Part shown: positions 25,855 through 40,260 of the stretch, piece by piece | Layout of the letters: each line of letters starts with the position of its first letter | How positions within the stretch are numbered: position 1 is the first letter of the stretch | DNA from: Eledone cirrhosa | Lineage: Eukaryota | Direction: 5' to 3' | Assembly (NCBI GenBank): GCA_964016885.1 | Contig: OZ024741.1 | Span: 63,426,001 to 63,490,000 of the forward strand | DNA length: 64,000 nucleotides | Made by a program: the position numbers and the translations under genes | Notes under the pieces: generated by a model | Seen by the model: the letters and a program-made list of their open reading frames with translations, nothing else | Told to the model about the DNA's origin: nothing | Database searches by the model: none

Positions 25855-26638
25855 TATGTAAAAGCAATCAAAGAACGCTTACATACTCAAACAGTTTTTA
25901 TTTGCTGACAATGTTTCATCCATACCGTTGGGCAGTATTCATCCGAGCTTAATAAACAAAAACACAGTGCTGAGCATCAGCTCAACCAAGCTTAGTCACA
26001 CAAACAAGTGGAATACAATAGAGGGTAAAAATAGGGAGATCGGAGAAGGCGAATAAGGAGAGAGTACATGTTGGGGTTGTTATTAAGCACTACAGCTAAA
26101 TGCTAGGGTACAGGCAGATCTTTTCACAAGATGCAGATACATGTGATGGTGCACAGAAGCAAAAAGTATAAACAATGGTTAAAATATATAATAAAAAAGT
26201 AAAATGAAGATAATATAGAGTTAATAAATAAATAAAATAGATAAAAAATGTTTAAAAGGAAAAAAGGTAAAAAAGAAAAGAAGAAAAACAAGAAAAAAGA
26301 AATTAAGAAATAAAAAAAATAAAAAGTTTTAAGCACATAAAAAGCAAGAGGAATTTAAGCGCTGGTCCCTAATATAACAAGTGAATACGATCTCCGTAAC
26401 TTATAGTTATATAAGTACTAAGAGTACCTCCAGAAAGCCCAGAGTAATTTTAATCCTCGCCATAGTATACATAAACAAGGTATACTAGTAGGTAATTGAA
26501 TTACGTTGCCCGGTAGAGCTTATACTCAGCCCTGTGTTTTTGTTTATTAAGCCCTGATGATTCCTGCCCAACGGTATGGATGAAATATTGTCAGCAACTA
26601 AAAACTGTTTGAGTATGTAAGCGTTCTTTGATTTCTTT

Positions 26639-26641
<3 letters not shown>
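25855..26641. mobile_element. PLE-derived element with inverted HHR-bearing arms
   Basis: ~25855-25990 and ~26510-26641 are inverted repeats, each with an HHR-like core. Confidence 0.7.
26550..26595 (+). ncRNA. Hammerhead motif
   Basis: CTGATGA ttcc...ggat GAAA tatt GTC agc; the mirror copy near 25904-25949 has CGGATGA. Confidence 0.55.
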
Positions 26642-26699
<58 letters not shown>

Positions 26700-26875
26700 G
26701 AATATACGAGGTCCGTGGTTAATCCGCTGGCTGGACAGCATGGTAAATAGAGCTGTTATAAGTTCGAAATACAAAGATTGTCGCATAAGTGTGAAAAATA
26801 TAGTTCAAGGAGACAACGAACAGAGGTACAAAATATTTTATTAGTTTTACGCTTTATATTAGGAGGGAAGAACGT

Positions 26876-26910
26876 TTGACGTGTCGGGCTTAAGCCCTTC
26901 TTCAGGAGAC
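26876..26910 (-). ncRNA. Degenerate minimal hammerhead motif
   Basis: CTGAAGA a gggc ttaa gccc GACA cgtc (GAAA>GACA). Confidence 0.55.
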
Positions 26911-26929
26911 TCCTTTCTGTGCTTTCTCT

Positions 26930-28360
26930 GCTCCTTGCACCCCACCCCGAATTCACCACCTCTATCCCCACTTCTTCTGTCAACGTCCTCGACATCTCTG
27001 TAACCATTGACCCCTCCGCCTACTTCAAGCCGTCGGAATCCCACGCCTGCCTACTCCTCACACACCCCACACACAATACACTCCATCCCCTATTCCCAAT
27101 CTACATCGAGTAGTCGAACCCATGAATTTGAGGTTCAGTCTCATTTCATAGCCAGACTTTTCACTATATAGAAACCCCCTCACCTGATCCAAGCCCCGCT
27201 CACCCGTGTCCGTCGCGTCGACCGCACCACTAACCTTACTTCAGGCCACTGCCCCCTACCATCCGACTGCCCTTCCTCCTTACCTACCACGTTCTACCTT
27301 GCCCCTCCAGAAAACGATCCTCCGTCTTTTCTGCTTCCAGCAGTCAGATCCCTCTACATCAGCCATTTCCCCTCTCACCCCTCCCTTCATTCAAGGGCGC
27401 TCACAACCTTCGGAACCTCCTCGCCTGCAGCGCCCTTAATCCCACAATACATCTCCTGGATTCCACCCCAGTTCCTGACTTCACTACCATACATGCAGCT
27501 TTATCACCCACACCACTACCTTTTTCCGTACCAATGACCAATCCTTCCGGATTACAGAATCCTTCAGCTGCACCTCCACCAGCCTTGTCTATGGGCTCCA
27601 TTGTACTGTGTGGGGAGCTATTTACCTTGGTCAGACACCGATCCCTCGAACACTCCACACACTACCTCAATGTCTTCGGGCTCGCACAATGTGCTGGACC
27701 GCCTGACTCGCGCTGGCGGAGAGAACAGCAACTTATTTTCTCCTTAAAAACATTTCTTCCCCATTAACTTAATGCGCCACCCATCTTCCTTAAAGCTGCT
27801 CTCTCATATACTCACTATAACACATTAAACTACGTCCTTTATCCTATGACACATACTCGTTTATACATACACCCTTACTTATCACTGTTAGATACTTTTC
27901 ATGTACACATTATAAACTTCAGCATACATACGTTACAATTTATCATACACTCACACCTACTAATCCATCTTCTCACAGACATACGCTATACTACCGATAC
28001 TTGATACCCACACAAAATTACTTCAACGCACATATACAGTACACACATTCAAACTTAGATTTACTCACACATACATGTCCACTACCACTAAAACATGGGT
28101 TATACGCATACACTCACTGTCTTTGTTACTTTACACAATTTACCTTTAAAAATCACACAGGTTTAAACTTACACTTACACTCACACATATAACGATACGA
28201 ATACACACTCACACACACACTCCACTTTGCATTCCAACTCGTTACCTAACGGTTTTCATTTTTTCCATCATTACTTTTGGTTTTTGTGTCTTTACTGGAC
28301 CTCTTTTTCCGTTTCTCCATTGTGATCCAGTCTCTATTTTTTACTCCTAAAGAAGGGTCT
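26930..28360 (+). mobile_element. Decayed Neptune-like PLE (RT thumb, GIY-YIG, pLTR)
   Basis: EFTTSIPTSSVNVLDISV, YFKP, LVYGLHC..IYLGQT, RWRREQQLIFSLKT; truncated HHR-like ctaaagaaggg at ~28347. Confidence 0.7.
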
Positions 28361-28437
28361 ATGTGTGTGTGGCTGTGTGTGTATGTAATAAATACTTATA
28401 TAATTTCTGTAATAAAGACTTACTATGAATTAATGTT

Positions 28438-28547
<110 letters not shown>

Positions 28548-28675
28548 AGAGATAAGCCATAAATATATTTAGTTGCCAATAGCTTGTGGAAATGTGCTCA
28601 ATACTAGTGCCTACAGGGTTAAATATTAGAAGCGTTAATATCTAGCGGGCGAGAATATAAGCAGAGCGGTTACAA

Positions 28676-30064
28676 ATGGAATGAATACAAAGGAGTATAT
28701 ACCGTTAAAACATGTTTATATAAAAAATGCACCTACGTACGTTTCGCCACAGAGCACGGGGAGTAACTCTGGCCGGTGTTTGAATAATCGTCCCCCGACT
28801 GCTTTTTACCCGTTCACATGATGGTTTTTTGCGTTATTATTTTGTGGATACTGTTTTACTATTGCCGGTTCGAGCCGGGTCTGGGATGCATATTTGGTTC
28901 ACAGATGTTTGTTTGCGCCGCCTGTCCACCGGAGTGTTATGGTTTGGGCAGGGGGGCCCAGTTTATAGTTTTCATGCCACTAGTTATGGTGCACCTATAA
29001 ATAACATTATCAGTCAGGCAGTTTCCCTTGAGAGGGCAGCTTCCCCTCTCACGACAGTTGCATTTTCTGTCGCGGTACCTCCTATTTCCTGAAGTAAAGC
29101 TATTACTATTGTTACCTATGTTGTTATCTACGCCTCTATCTCGGTCATTGGTACTGTTATATCTCAAGGCGAATAGGGTAGTACCATTATCCCTCCGCAC
29201 GCCGCAGCCCGTTCCGTTGCCGTTGGGTGATGCGAGCAGGTTACCAGCATACTCCCCAGTCTCGCCTTTATTATGTCGGTTTTGTCTGTTGGGACTGCCA
29301 CCAACACAATTGGGTGCTGCTAGGGAGACGTTAAGGCTATTAGTGTTGCTGTCGGGTCTAGATGTATCTGTGCTAAGGTGCCGTGTTTTGGTGATCTTAC
29401 TGTGATTAGTTGCTCCTATGATGTCTGCTAGATTGGGGGTGGTAGAGAAGGATATTTTAATATTGTTCTTATTAAGTATTTTCCTGTATTTATGATTGGA
29501 TGGGAAGTTCTTCTCTAAGGCTTCGAAGAATATCCTCGGTAGGTCGGAGGCCACACTCCGAGAGTAGGGAGGGTGGAACCATAGGATATTACGGTGGCGT
29601 TTCCGCTTCTCCGTTGGTTTGCTACGGGCTGTGCTTCCTAGTTGACTGTACTTATGGTTGTTACTGTGCTGTAGCCAGTTATGCGTCCCCTTCACTTTAT
29701 GTTCAGGTGGCTGCGCTTTCCTTCCGTTACTTTTATGTGTGGGCAGGCGGCGCAAACAAACATCTGTGAACCAAATATGCATCCCTGACCCGGCTCGAAC
29801 CGGCAATAGTAAAACAGCATCCACAAAATAATAACGCAAAACAACATCATGTGAACGGGTAAAAAGCAGTGGGGGACGATTATTCAAACACCGGCCAGAC
29901 TTACTCCCCGTGCTCTATGGCAAAAACAACACATGTGCTTGAACGAATTGATCATTTTTTTGTTTTCTATGCCCTTGAGAAGCCCTTTTTGGGCGAAACG
30001 TACGTACGTGCATTTTTTTATATAAACATGTTTTAACGGTATATACTCCTTTGTATTCATTCCA

Positions 30065-30066
<2 letters not shown>
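28676..30066 (-). mobile_element. Internally deleted Nematis-like PLE with inverted pLTR
   Basis: RHRNILWFHPPYS..KYRKILNKNNIKISFSTTPN..CNCRERGSCPLKGNCLTDNVIYRC; arms ~28676-28929 and ~29738-30066 inverted. Confidence 0.85.
29969..30013 (+). ncRNA. Minimal hammerhead ribozyme, U3-A8 variant
   Basis: atgccc TTGAGAA gccc ttttt gggc GAAA cgtacg TA cgtgcat. Confidence 0.7.
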
Positions 30067-30102
<36 letters not shown>

Positions 30103-31279
30103 AATAGAAGTAAAGAGATTGACTAGTGGTTCTATAAAGAATGATCTAAGTGGAAGAGTCAGTAGATAGATATAGTAAAGGCCAATACATAAGAGGCTAA
30201 GTAAAGGAATGTCAGAAGTATATTACGCTAACAATAGGTTTGACAAGTATTGGTCAAATAAATATAAGCTAGCAAATGTGTACGGGAAGTATTTACCACG
30301 GCCTCTCTTAGTCGTGTAATAAATAAATAATATATTCCCTATTATATGGACTTTTAAGTTGAAAGGTCATTAGAGAAAAGAAATGTTGGTCTATTTTACG
30401 AATTTGTATTGCTTTTAGATGAAATCTTTCATTTTGATTTTCAATAGAAAATTGACCGATTAGATTAACCGGTATCAAAAGATCGAACCGTGAACCCAAC
30501 CGTTCCGCTTGAGTTTCATATGTGATTTTAATGGATATGGGGTGAATTAAGCTGTAGCTTTATTTAGTTACATTATTAGTGTGAATACTGACTTCTGCGT
30601 TCGATAAATTTAATTTGTGCTGTATAATGAGCTAATTAATGACAATGCATATAATATAATGTTATATAATAAAATGTGGTGAGGTGTGCTTTTGAAGATA
30701 TTATTTATCTTATAATTCCTGTGTCATTGTATGCAGAACAAGGACGGGAGTGACATGGATAAACATTATCTTATAAAATTACTTCGGTTATTATTTAAAT
30801 GTGAAATGCAGATAATACTGGTATAACAAATCCTAATCATTTCTTCCCTATTCCATATTTTACAAGATATATTATCTGCGGATTAATGTGTGGATATGTC
30901 ACAACTACGTAAAATGTATAATATACTGCAATAAAAGTCATACATCCTTTTGAATACTAAGTCTTACTTAAACGAGTGCGTAACAAATTCCTTTATGCAT
31001 ATAGATATTGTAAACAATAATACGCATACACTAAAACATCAATTTGTACAATGATTCAGAAAATCCGCCAGTATGTTTGCTTTTCTCTCTATCTTAGACA
31101 CTTCTTATTTACATATGTTTATATGTGTGTATGTGCCTGCATGTGTGTGTGTGCGTGCGTGCGCATGAGTATAATAACAGGCCCCGCGCATGTCTTGTGT
31201 CACTGTATGTTTATTTTCTAACAGATCATCATTAAATTTCAAGACATGACAGATATAACCGCCTGAGGAGAGAGAGCTT

Positions 31280-31680
31280 TGATGGGAGCCCCAGCAGCAG
31301 ATTTTCTGTGGGAAACGCTATTATAGGCGTGGCTCGTACAAGCATGTCCAGGAGTAATTTCCCGCATTTTTTGGAACGGAGAAATGTTCCCTCAAAGCCA
31401 ATATACAAAACTGGCTGAAGACGTTTGAGACCTATAGGACAATGGAGAATCTCAATACGATGTCTGAGGACTGTCCTACCCACCCTGGACCTTCTAGTGA
31501 GAGTACACAAGTCGTTTCTGGCATAGTCCGAGTGCCTGTTGAACAGAGCCCAAACGATTGCTGTGGACAAGAAGCCTATCCTTCCTATGCTTGTCTCTCT
31601 CCACAGAAACTTGCAGAAACGTCTTGAACGTGGATCTTCAGAAGTACCCTTACAGAATACAGACTAAATATCAGCTACAA
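31280..31680 (+). pseudogene. Tc1/mariner-type transposase N-terminal remnant (DUF4817-like HTH)
   Basis: QQQIFCGKRYYRRGSYKHVQE*F...NIQNWLKTFETY, VRVPVEQSP, LNVDLQKYPYRIQ across frames. Confidence 0.65.
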
Positions 31681-31696
31681 TAAGCTTTTTTTACAT

Positions 31697-31773
<77 letters not shown>

Positions 31774-31777
<4 letters not shown>

Positions 31778-33163
31778 GATTTAATGCTCTGAAATAGCGA
31801 TATATATGTGAAGACAAACATAGAATATTCGAAAATATTCTGTATGTTTATAATAAACATTTTGAAGACCCAATCGCTATAGAATAGAATACGTCACGTA
31901 TTACAATTTGAGATTCTCGATAAAAGCAAGGGAAGTAACCTACGCGTTTCATTCTTATTAGAAATCATCAGGATTACATATCCAAAGCTTTTATCGAGAA
32001 CGACACAGCGAGAGACTTATAGAATACTTAGCTGTGTACAGGAACTGGTTTGAAAGAGCGGTAGCCGGTCCGGCAGAAATTAGAATTTGGATTTAATGCT
32101 CTGAAATAGCGATATATATGTGAAGACAAACATAGAATATTCGAAAATATTCTGTATGTTTATAATAAACATTTTGAAGACCCAATCGCTATAGAATAGA
32201 ATACGTCACGTATTACAATTTGAGATTCTCGATAAAAGCAAGGGAAGTAACCTACGCGTTTCATTCTTATTAGAAATCATCAGGATTACATATCCAAAGC
32301 TTTTATCGAGAACGACAGCTAAGTATTCTATAAGTCTCTAGCTGTGTCGTTCTCGATAAAAGCTTTGGATATGTAATGCTGATGATTTCTAATAAGAATG
32401 AAACGCGTAGGTTACTTCCCTTGCTTTTATCGAGAATCTCAAATTGTAATACGTGACGTATTCTATTCTATAGCGATTGGGTCTTCAAAATGTTTATTAT
32501 AAACATACAGAATATTTTCGAATATTCTATGTTTGTCTTCACATATATATCGCTATTTCAGAGCATTAAATCCAAATTCTAATTTCTGCCGGACCGGCTT
32601 CCGCTCTTTCAAACCAGTTCCTGTACACAGCTAAGTATTCTATAAGTCTCTAGCTGTGTCGTTCTCGATAAAAGCTTTGGATATGTAATCCTGATGATTT
32701 CTAATAAGAATGAAACGCGTAGGTTACTTCCCTTGCTTTTATCGAGAATCTCAAATTGTAATACGTGACGTATTCTATTCTATAGCGATTGGGTCTTCAA
32801 AATGTTTATTATAAACATACAGAATATTTTCGAATATTCTATGTTTGTCTTCACATATATATCGCTATTTCAGAGCATTAAATCCAAATTCTAATTTCTG
32901 CCGGACCGGCTACCGCTCTTTCAAACCAGTTCCTGTACACAGCTAAGTATTCTATAAGTCTCTAGCTGTGTCGTTCTCGATAAAAGCTTTGGATATGTAA
33001 TCCTGATGATTTCTAATAAGAATGAAACGCGTAGTTTACTTCCCTTGCTTTTATCGAGAATCTCAAATTGTAATACGTGACGTATTCTATTCTATAGCGA
33101 TTGGGTCTTCAAAATGTTTATTATAAACATACAGAATATTTTCGAATATTCTATGTTTGTCTT

Positions 33164-33166
<3 letters not shown>
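31774..33166. repeat. 312-bp non-coding tandem plus inverted array; each unit has a hammerhead ribozyme (retrozyme-like)
   Basis: Minus units start at 31774 and 32086; inversion at ~32316; plus-strand CTGATGA at 32379, 32691, 33003; near-identical copies; TA flanks. Confidence 0.92.
32685..32727 (+). ncRNA. Minimal type I hammerhead ribozyme (representative of 5 copies)
   Basis: gtaatc CTGATGA tttct aata agaat GAAA cgcg TA ggttac. Confidence 0.85.
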
Positions 33167-33217
<51 letters not shown>

Positions 33218-33258
33218 TATATTGTTATACTCGGGGAGGGTCATATTGTTGTAATAAT

Positions 33259-33441
33259 TGTTTCTACTTATGGCACAAGGCCAGCAATTACCCAGTACAT
33301 TACTGCTACTTTATTTTATCGACCCCATAAGGATTAAAGGCAAAGTTAACTTCGGCGGGATTTGAACTCAGTCCGTAAAGGGACGTAACTATGCTGCAAA
33401 GCATGGCGTCCGACCTTCTACCGATACTGCCAATCCACCAC
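33259..33441 (-). mobile_element. Full-length main-family tRNA SINE with 17-bp TSD
   Basis: catattgttgtaataat at 33242-33258 and 33442-33458; empty site preserved at ~34262-34290; boxes A and B present. Confidence 0.92.
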
Positions 33442-33608
33442 CATATTGTTGTAATAATATTGCAAGAAATAATAACAGAACACACTCACTGTTTGGTTGG
33501 TTTTCGCTTCTGTATCTTTTATATCTCTGCAGTTAATTCATTTGGTCCTCAATGTTCATCATTGACTGACCAACGGTCAAAAATACAGATATAAATACAT
33601 ATGTATAG

Positions 33609-33656
33609 TCTAGCAAAGTTCTTTCGTTGCACATCTGCAATATCATCAGGGGTACT
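33609..33656 (-). ncRNA. Hammerhead motif
   Basis: CTGATGA ta ttgca gatg tgcaa c GAAA gaac tt; weak stem I. Confidence 0.55.
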
Positions 33657-34339
33657 ATTATGTTGCTCCTGTTGTATTGTATGTCTACACCTAGTGTTGG
33701 TGATGTGGGGTTGCATAGCCTTGGTGTAGTTTGGCATGCTGTCTATCGACATCCTACCACACTTATCTGTGGGTAGACACACTACTTCACCATCCCTTGT
33801 GCGATGCTTGAGACTAACGAAGCCTTCTACGGGTTTCCTTCCAAGTTGTTGGACCTCTGGTCTGCTTTGTCTATTAGTATATCGGTCTACTATTTGTCTA
33901 ATCTTATTTCTAGCTATGGTGAACTGTGCCTCTGTCTCGTCATCTATTTGTTGTGGTATGCAAACCCTTTTAATTAAAGAGTAACCTCCTAGGATAACTT
34001 TACTTCATTTTATAAGTTTTGTCAGCTGGGTTGAAGAATATTTTCTCTAAGGGGATGTCATTATATCTATCACCATAGTTGTGCGTGTTGCTATTATTGC
34101 TATTATGGTTGTTGTTGTTCATACCATTAACATTATTATTATTGTTATGATTGTTAGATGTATTGTTGTTGTTTTCTCTATTGTTATTGTTACTGTTATT
34201 TCTACCATTGTGGTTGTTACCAACCAAACAGTGAGTGTGTTCTGTTATTATTTCTGGCAATATTATTACAACAATATGACCCTCCCCAAGTATAACAATA
34301 TTTATTTCGACACACGATTTCATATCAAAAACCTCGCAA

Positions 34340-35454
<1,115 letters not shown>

Positions 35455-36649
35455 TTAAGCAAAAAGAAAGGATGGAATCAAAGTTCTACATCAATTTAAT
35501 ACTTTATATATGTTTCAGGTGTGGTATAAGCATTGCACAGTTAATTTCAATTGGAATCTTGCACGTAACTTGTGTAAGTAAAGACAAACTATAAACATAC
35601 ATTAATATATAATTGTATTACCATCGTTATATATAAGTGTGTGTGTGGGGTGGGGGTGTTTAATCCTACTAGGATATATAACCCCTATCATATAATTATA
35701 TAATTTGGATGGATTCCTGGAAAATATACGTGGGAAATTTGTGGTAGTTATAATAATTTGAAAATTTAGGTCACTATGCTAAATAGCATCCTATATTACA
35801 TTTAGTCTATCTGGGTTCTGATACCATATCGTATCATTGGACATTGCCAAGATTCAATACAGTTTATACTATATAAGTACAGTCTCTTAGGTGACTCAAC
35901 TATTTGTCTGTTTCCTTTACACTAATCAGCTTTAAGTAGTGAATGCAGAATATATTTTCTCAAATATTACCTAATGGATTTATTTCTAGTCATGCATAAT
36001 AAATGAATCAGAAAATATCACTCGTATAATCTCAGTTAATCTAATATTAGTTTTATTGTATGAACTTTTGCCATATAAAAATCAGCAACATTTCTGTTAG
36101 ACAGTCAAATATAGAACATTATGCAGCTCAGTGCTTAACAAAAATTCTTTATTCAGAGACTTCAAAAATGTATCAACACTCCTTGGGGAATTAGGACCTA
36201 CAAGATTTCTAAAAATATTCCTCAATAAGCTGCCTTCAAGCGTCCCATGTCGACTTTTATCTACAACATAGAACAAAAATAGGACATACTTGAAAATGTT
36301 ATTGACACTAAAACTCTGTTATAATATTCAAAGGAGACCTTTTGCAATGTCAGTAGGGTGGAGTTGGGCTCTTTTAGTCTAGTCGGCAACATAAATATGT
36401 TGAATTTTCAAGACGGCTTTTGGGGAACTAATCATAAAAGGTAAAAATAAAGCCGAGTGTGCACTGGAAGTGGGATATGTATTGGAGAGAAAATAGCAAG
36501 TTTTTAGGAAAGCAAAAAAGTACTTATTGTAATCCAGTTCGTGGTTAAGATAGCTAGTTTCTTGGACGGTTTCCAACGTACGGTTAGGGGTAACTCTAGA
36601 GGTTGCAACAATCTGGTTAGTAAATCCCGTTCAATCATGGAGTATAAAC

Positions 36650-39600
36650 AATAAAAGAGAAAACTCAGGTAATCATTAACAAAAAAGGATTTTATCCAGG
36701 TATTTACGACAGTTTCATTGGTAAGCGCAACCTTATATCGCTACACTGCAAAAGCATCCAATCGATAATAACTGTTATTCACCTCCAAATTTTCAAAATA
36801 ATGAATAAGTTACTTGCAAAAGGTTCTTAATATTTAAAAAAAACTTTTTGGGAATCGTGATTATTAGTATAGAGAGAGAGGAAGGGGGAGAAGAATTGGG
36901 AAGTAGAGGGACAAACGGAGATGGAGGGAGGGGTAAAGATGGAAGGATTCCTCGATCAGTTTTGATTCGTAGACTTGATGTCGTCAATTTACAGTGTAGA
37001 GAGTTAAAGAGAATTAAATTGTTTATAGTGGGAGAGAGAGGGGGGGGGGCGAAAGAGAGAGAGAGGGGGGAGAGATAGAGAGATAAATATATATATATAG
37101 AAAAGGGGAAGAGAAAAAAGAAGTAAAGAAAGAGAACAAAAAAAGAGAGAGAAGAAAAGAATATGGCACTAAAATAGTTAACTTTCTAGACGCGACGCTT
37201 AACCTAAATACGGGACTTATAAGACCTTTTCAAAAGTATAATGAAAACTTAGCATATATCAACTGTAATTCGAACCACCCATTCTCCATAATTAAGTCCG
37301 TTCCACGCAGCATATCCCGCCTCTCGTCTAACCGACAAATCTTCGAGGAACACGCGGAGTACTACAATACCGCACTAGATAAGGCAGGTCACCTAGATAG
37401 AGTAGAATATATAGATGAAACCCTCCTCAAAGCACACACGAATAGGCATAACTCCAGAAACACACGCACACAGACATTTACGGATAGAACTACCAATTAT
37501 ACTGAAAATAGAAATACAACATCAAAATCAAACAGGTCACGCAGTAGCAAATGTATTTGGTATAAACCTATATTTAACACCTCTATTAGTACCAACCTAC
37601 CCTCTAACTTCTTTAGAATAATAAATAAGCATTTTCCAGATTCACATAGATACATCAAAATCCTTAACAATAAATCTATCAGACTATCTTACTCCACTGC
37701 ACCAAACAGAGGCACACATTAAGATGCTTAACGCTAAAAAGATACGTAACAACACCGGAACACAAATTTATAACAATAACAATACAATTACCACCGAACA
37801 CAACAGAATATCTAATACACAACTACCCACTAGAAGGCAAACAAAACGTAACACACTTGTACGGGCATCGCAGCCCACCAATAATGCCAAAGTTGCCCAT
37901 GACAAAAATTGTAATTGCCACCTACCTGAAACCTGTCCATTGCATAATGAATGTATGCAGTCTAACCTGGTTTACCAATGCACGGTCGAATCAGACAAAC
38001 AGAAATGGTATTACATCGGAGCGACTGGGAATACATTTAAAGCTCGTTGGTATACACACCGTTACGCAATGAAACATTCCCAGCACCGTTATGTAACTAC
38101 CCTTGCGAACAAGACCTGGCAACTGAGGGAAAGTAACCATCAATACACCCTAAGTGGAAGAAATTATCGAACGCGCCTGTATATCGGAGTGGTATGAGAA
38201 GCTGTCGGTTATGTGACCTTGAGTTGTTCCACGTTTTGAGTTCGAAGAATAAGTTACTCAACAATAAAATCGAAAGATCAATTTATTGCAACCATAGACT
38301 TAAAGAAAAATGTTCGCACTACAAGTGCAAATTGAACCCTTAACCTCCTACTACCACCTGACAAACTGCATATACTTAGACTTTCAACCCTTTAATTACC
38401 CACAGTAACCAATACTTATGTCCCTCTCTCCTCCTTCCCTCCTTTTTTCTTTTTTCATTTTCTTCTTTTCTTCTCTCTTTTTTTGTTCTCTTTTCTTTTC
38501 TTCTTTTTTCTCTTCCCCTTTTATATATATATATATATTTATCTCTCTCTTTCCCTCCCCCCCTCTCTCTCTCTCGCCTTCCCACTATAAACAATTCGAA
38601 CAGCACCGCCTTGCTTGTTTTCTTGCGGCCTCCAAACCCCCAGTAGTGCCTGGCTCCATGCGCTGCCCTCCTTCTCCACTGTCACGCAGTTAGACAACCA
38701 TATCCTGCGCATCGGCGTTTGCCTGGGGCTCGGCCTCCGGATCTTCCAGCCACACCAGTGTCGCTGCGGTTCCACCGTGGACTCTTTCGGCCTCCACCCG
38801 CTTTCCTGTCGCCACAGTGCCGGCCGCATTCCACACCATGCTGCCCTCAACGAGGTCATTAAGCATGGCTTGGACGCTGCAGGCTTCCCTTCCCAGCTCT
38901 AACCGGTGGGGCTGGATCAAGGGGACGGCAAAAGACCAGATGGCATGACCATCTTCCCGTTCCGCGGTGGCAAACCCCTCGTCTGGGATGCCACTTGCAT
39001 CGACACTTTCTGCAGCTGCAACCTGGTGCATTCTGCGACTGACCCAGGTTCTGCTGCACGTCGGGCTGGTGGGGGGGGGGGGGCAAACTCCTCAAATACC
39101 GGTAGCTCTCCAACAGGTTTGCGGTCGTACCCCTGGCAGTGGAGAATTCTGGTGTCCTCGGCCCCAGGGCTACCTCCTTACTCACCACCATAGGCGCTGA
39201 GCGGCTCAGCCGCAGGTGTGAGCCCCGCGAGTTGGAGTGGCTCTTCCAGCGCGTCTCCCTCGCCACCCGCCGGGGAAACGCCTTCTCCATTCTGTCCGCC
39301 GGGGCTGTGGGTGGGCCCCATTACGTACCGTTGTAGTTGTTGCAGAAGAAACAGGAAGACAACAATTGGAAAGTTTGATTTTCTCTATAGATGAGAGGTA
39401 TTTATAAGTTACATTATTATCGTTTTATGGTTGGACATTCTTTCTGATGCCATCTTTTTTAACCTGATAACAATTTAATTTTCTTTAACTCCCTACGCTG
39501 TAAATTGACATCATCAAGTCTACGAATCAAAACTTCCATCTTTACCCCTCCCTCCATCTCTCTTTGTTCCCCTACTTCCTAATTCTTCTCCCGCTTCCTC

Positions 39601-39832
39601 TTTCTCTATACTAGTAATCACGATTCAAAAAAAATAAAGTTTTTTTTAAAATATATTAAGAACCTTTTGCAAGTAACTTATTCATTATTTTGAAAATTTG
39701 GAGGCGAATAACAGTTATTATCGATTTGCTGCTATTTGCAGTATAGTGATATAAGGTTGCGCTTACCAATGAAACGCTCGTAAATACCTGGATAAAATCC
39801 TTTTTTTTAATGCTTACCTGAGTTTTCTCTTT

Positions 39833-39836
<4 letters not shown>
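36650..39836 (+). mobile_element. 5'-truncated decayed Nematis-like PLE with inverted pLTR
   Basis: 37170-38340: VNFLD, CNCHLPETCPLHNEC, LVYQC, YYIGAT, FKARW..H; 36650-37165 is inverted relative to 38420-38596 plus 39476-39836. Confidence 0.85.
38597..39475 (+). mobile_element. 5'-truncated CRE-like non-LTR element nested in a PLE pLTR, 7-bp TSD
   Basis: SAWL..P, CRC...H.LSC...H zinc knuckle, KRPDG..WDATC RLE motif; AACAATT at 38590-38596 and 39469-39475; empty site in the inverted arm. Confidence 0.85.
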
Positions 39837-39874
<38 letters not shown>

Positions 39875-39914
39875 GTATGCATCTATAATATATATATATA
39901 TACACTTATGTGTA

Positions 39915-40260
39915 TAGCAAAGCATTGAAGATTGAGAATAAATGTGTGTATTTAGGCAGCACAGCTAACATGATCAACACCTTTGATGTTGACATCTATT
40001 TACGACTTAAGAAAGCAAGTGATTCTTTTGGCAAATTAGAGGGGCGTCTCTTGGCATGTGGAATTTCCGTTGATACAAAGTTAAAGGTCTACATAACCTG
40101 TGATTCGTATTCATTGATGTATACATGTGAACGTTGGGTTACATACCAGCGAAATATAAAAACCCTTGAACATTTTAATCAACAGTGTCTTTGGCGAACA
40201 CTCGGTATCTATATGAGTTATTTTGAAGTGATAGAACGAAGTCATTTTGAAAATATTGAA
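39915..40260 (+). mobile_element. RTE-clade LINE RT C-terminal remnant
   Basis: VYLGS..DIYLRLKKASDSFGKL..TKLKVY..CERW..LEHFNQQCL. Confidence 0.75.

Noticed and set aside
36700-36775. attgg...ccaat GAAA in the pLTR of the 36650 PLE (mirror at ~39720-39790)
   Set aside because: No recognisable CUGANGA/UUGANAA half in either copy
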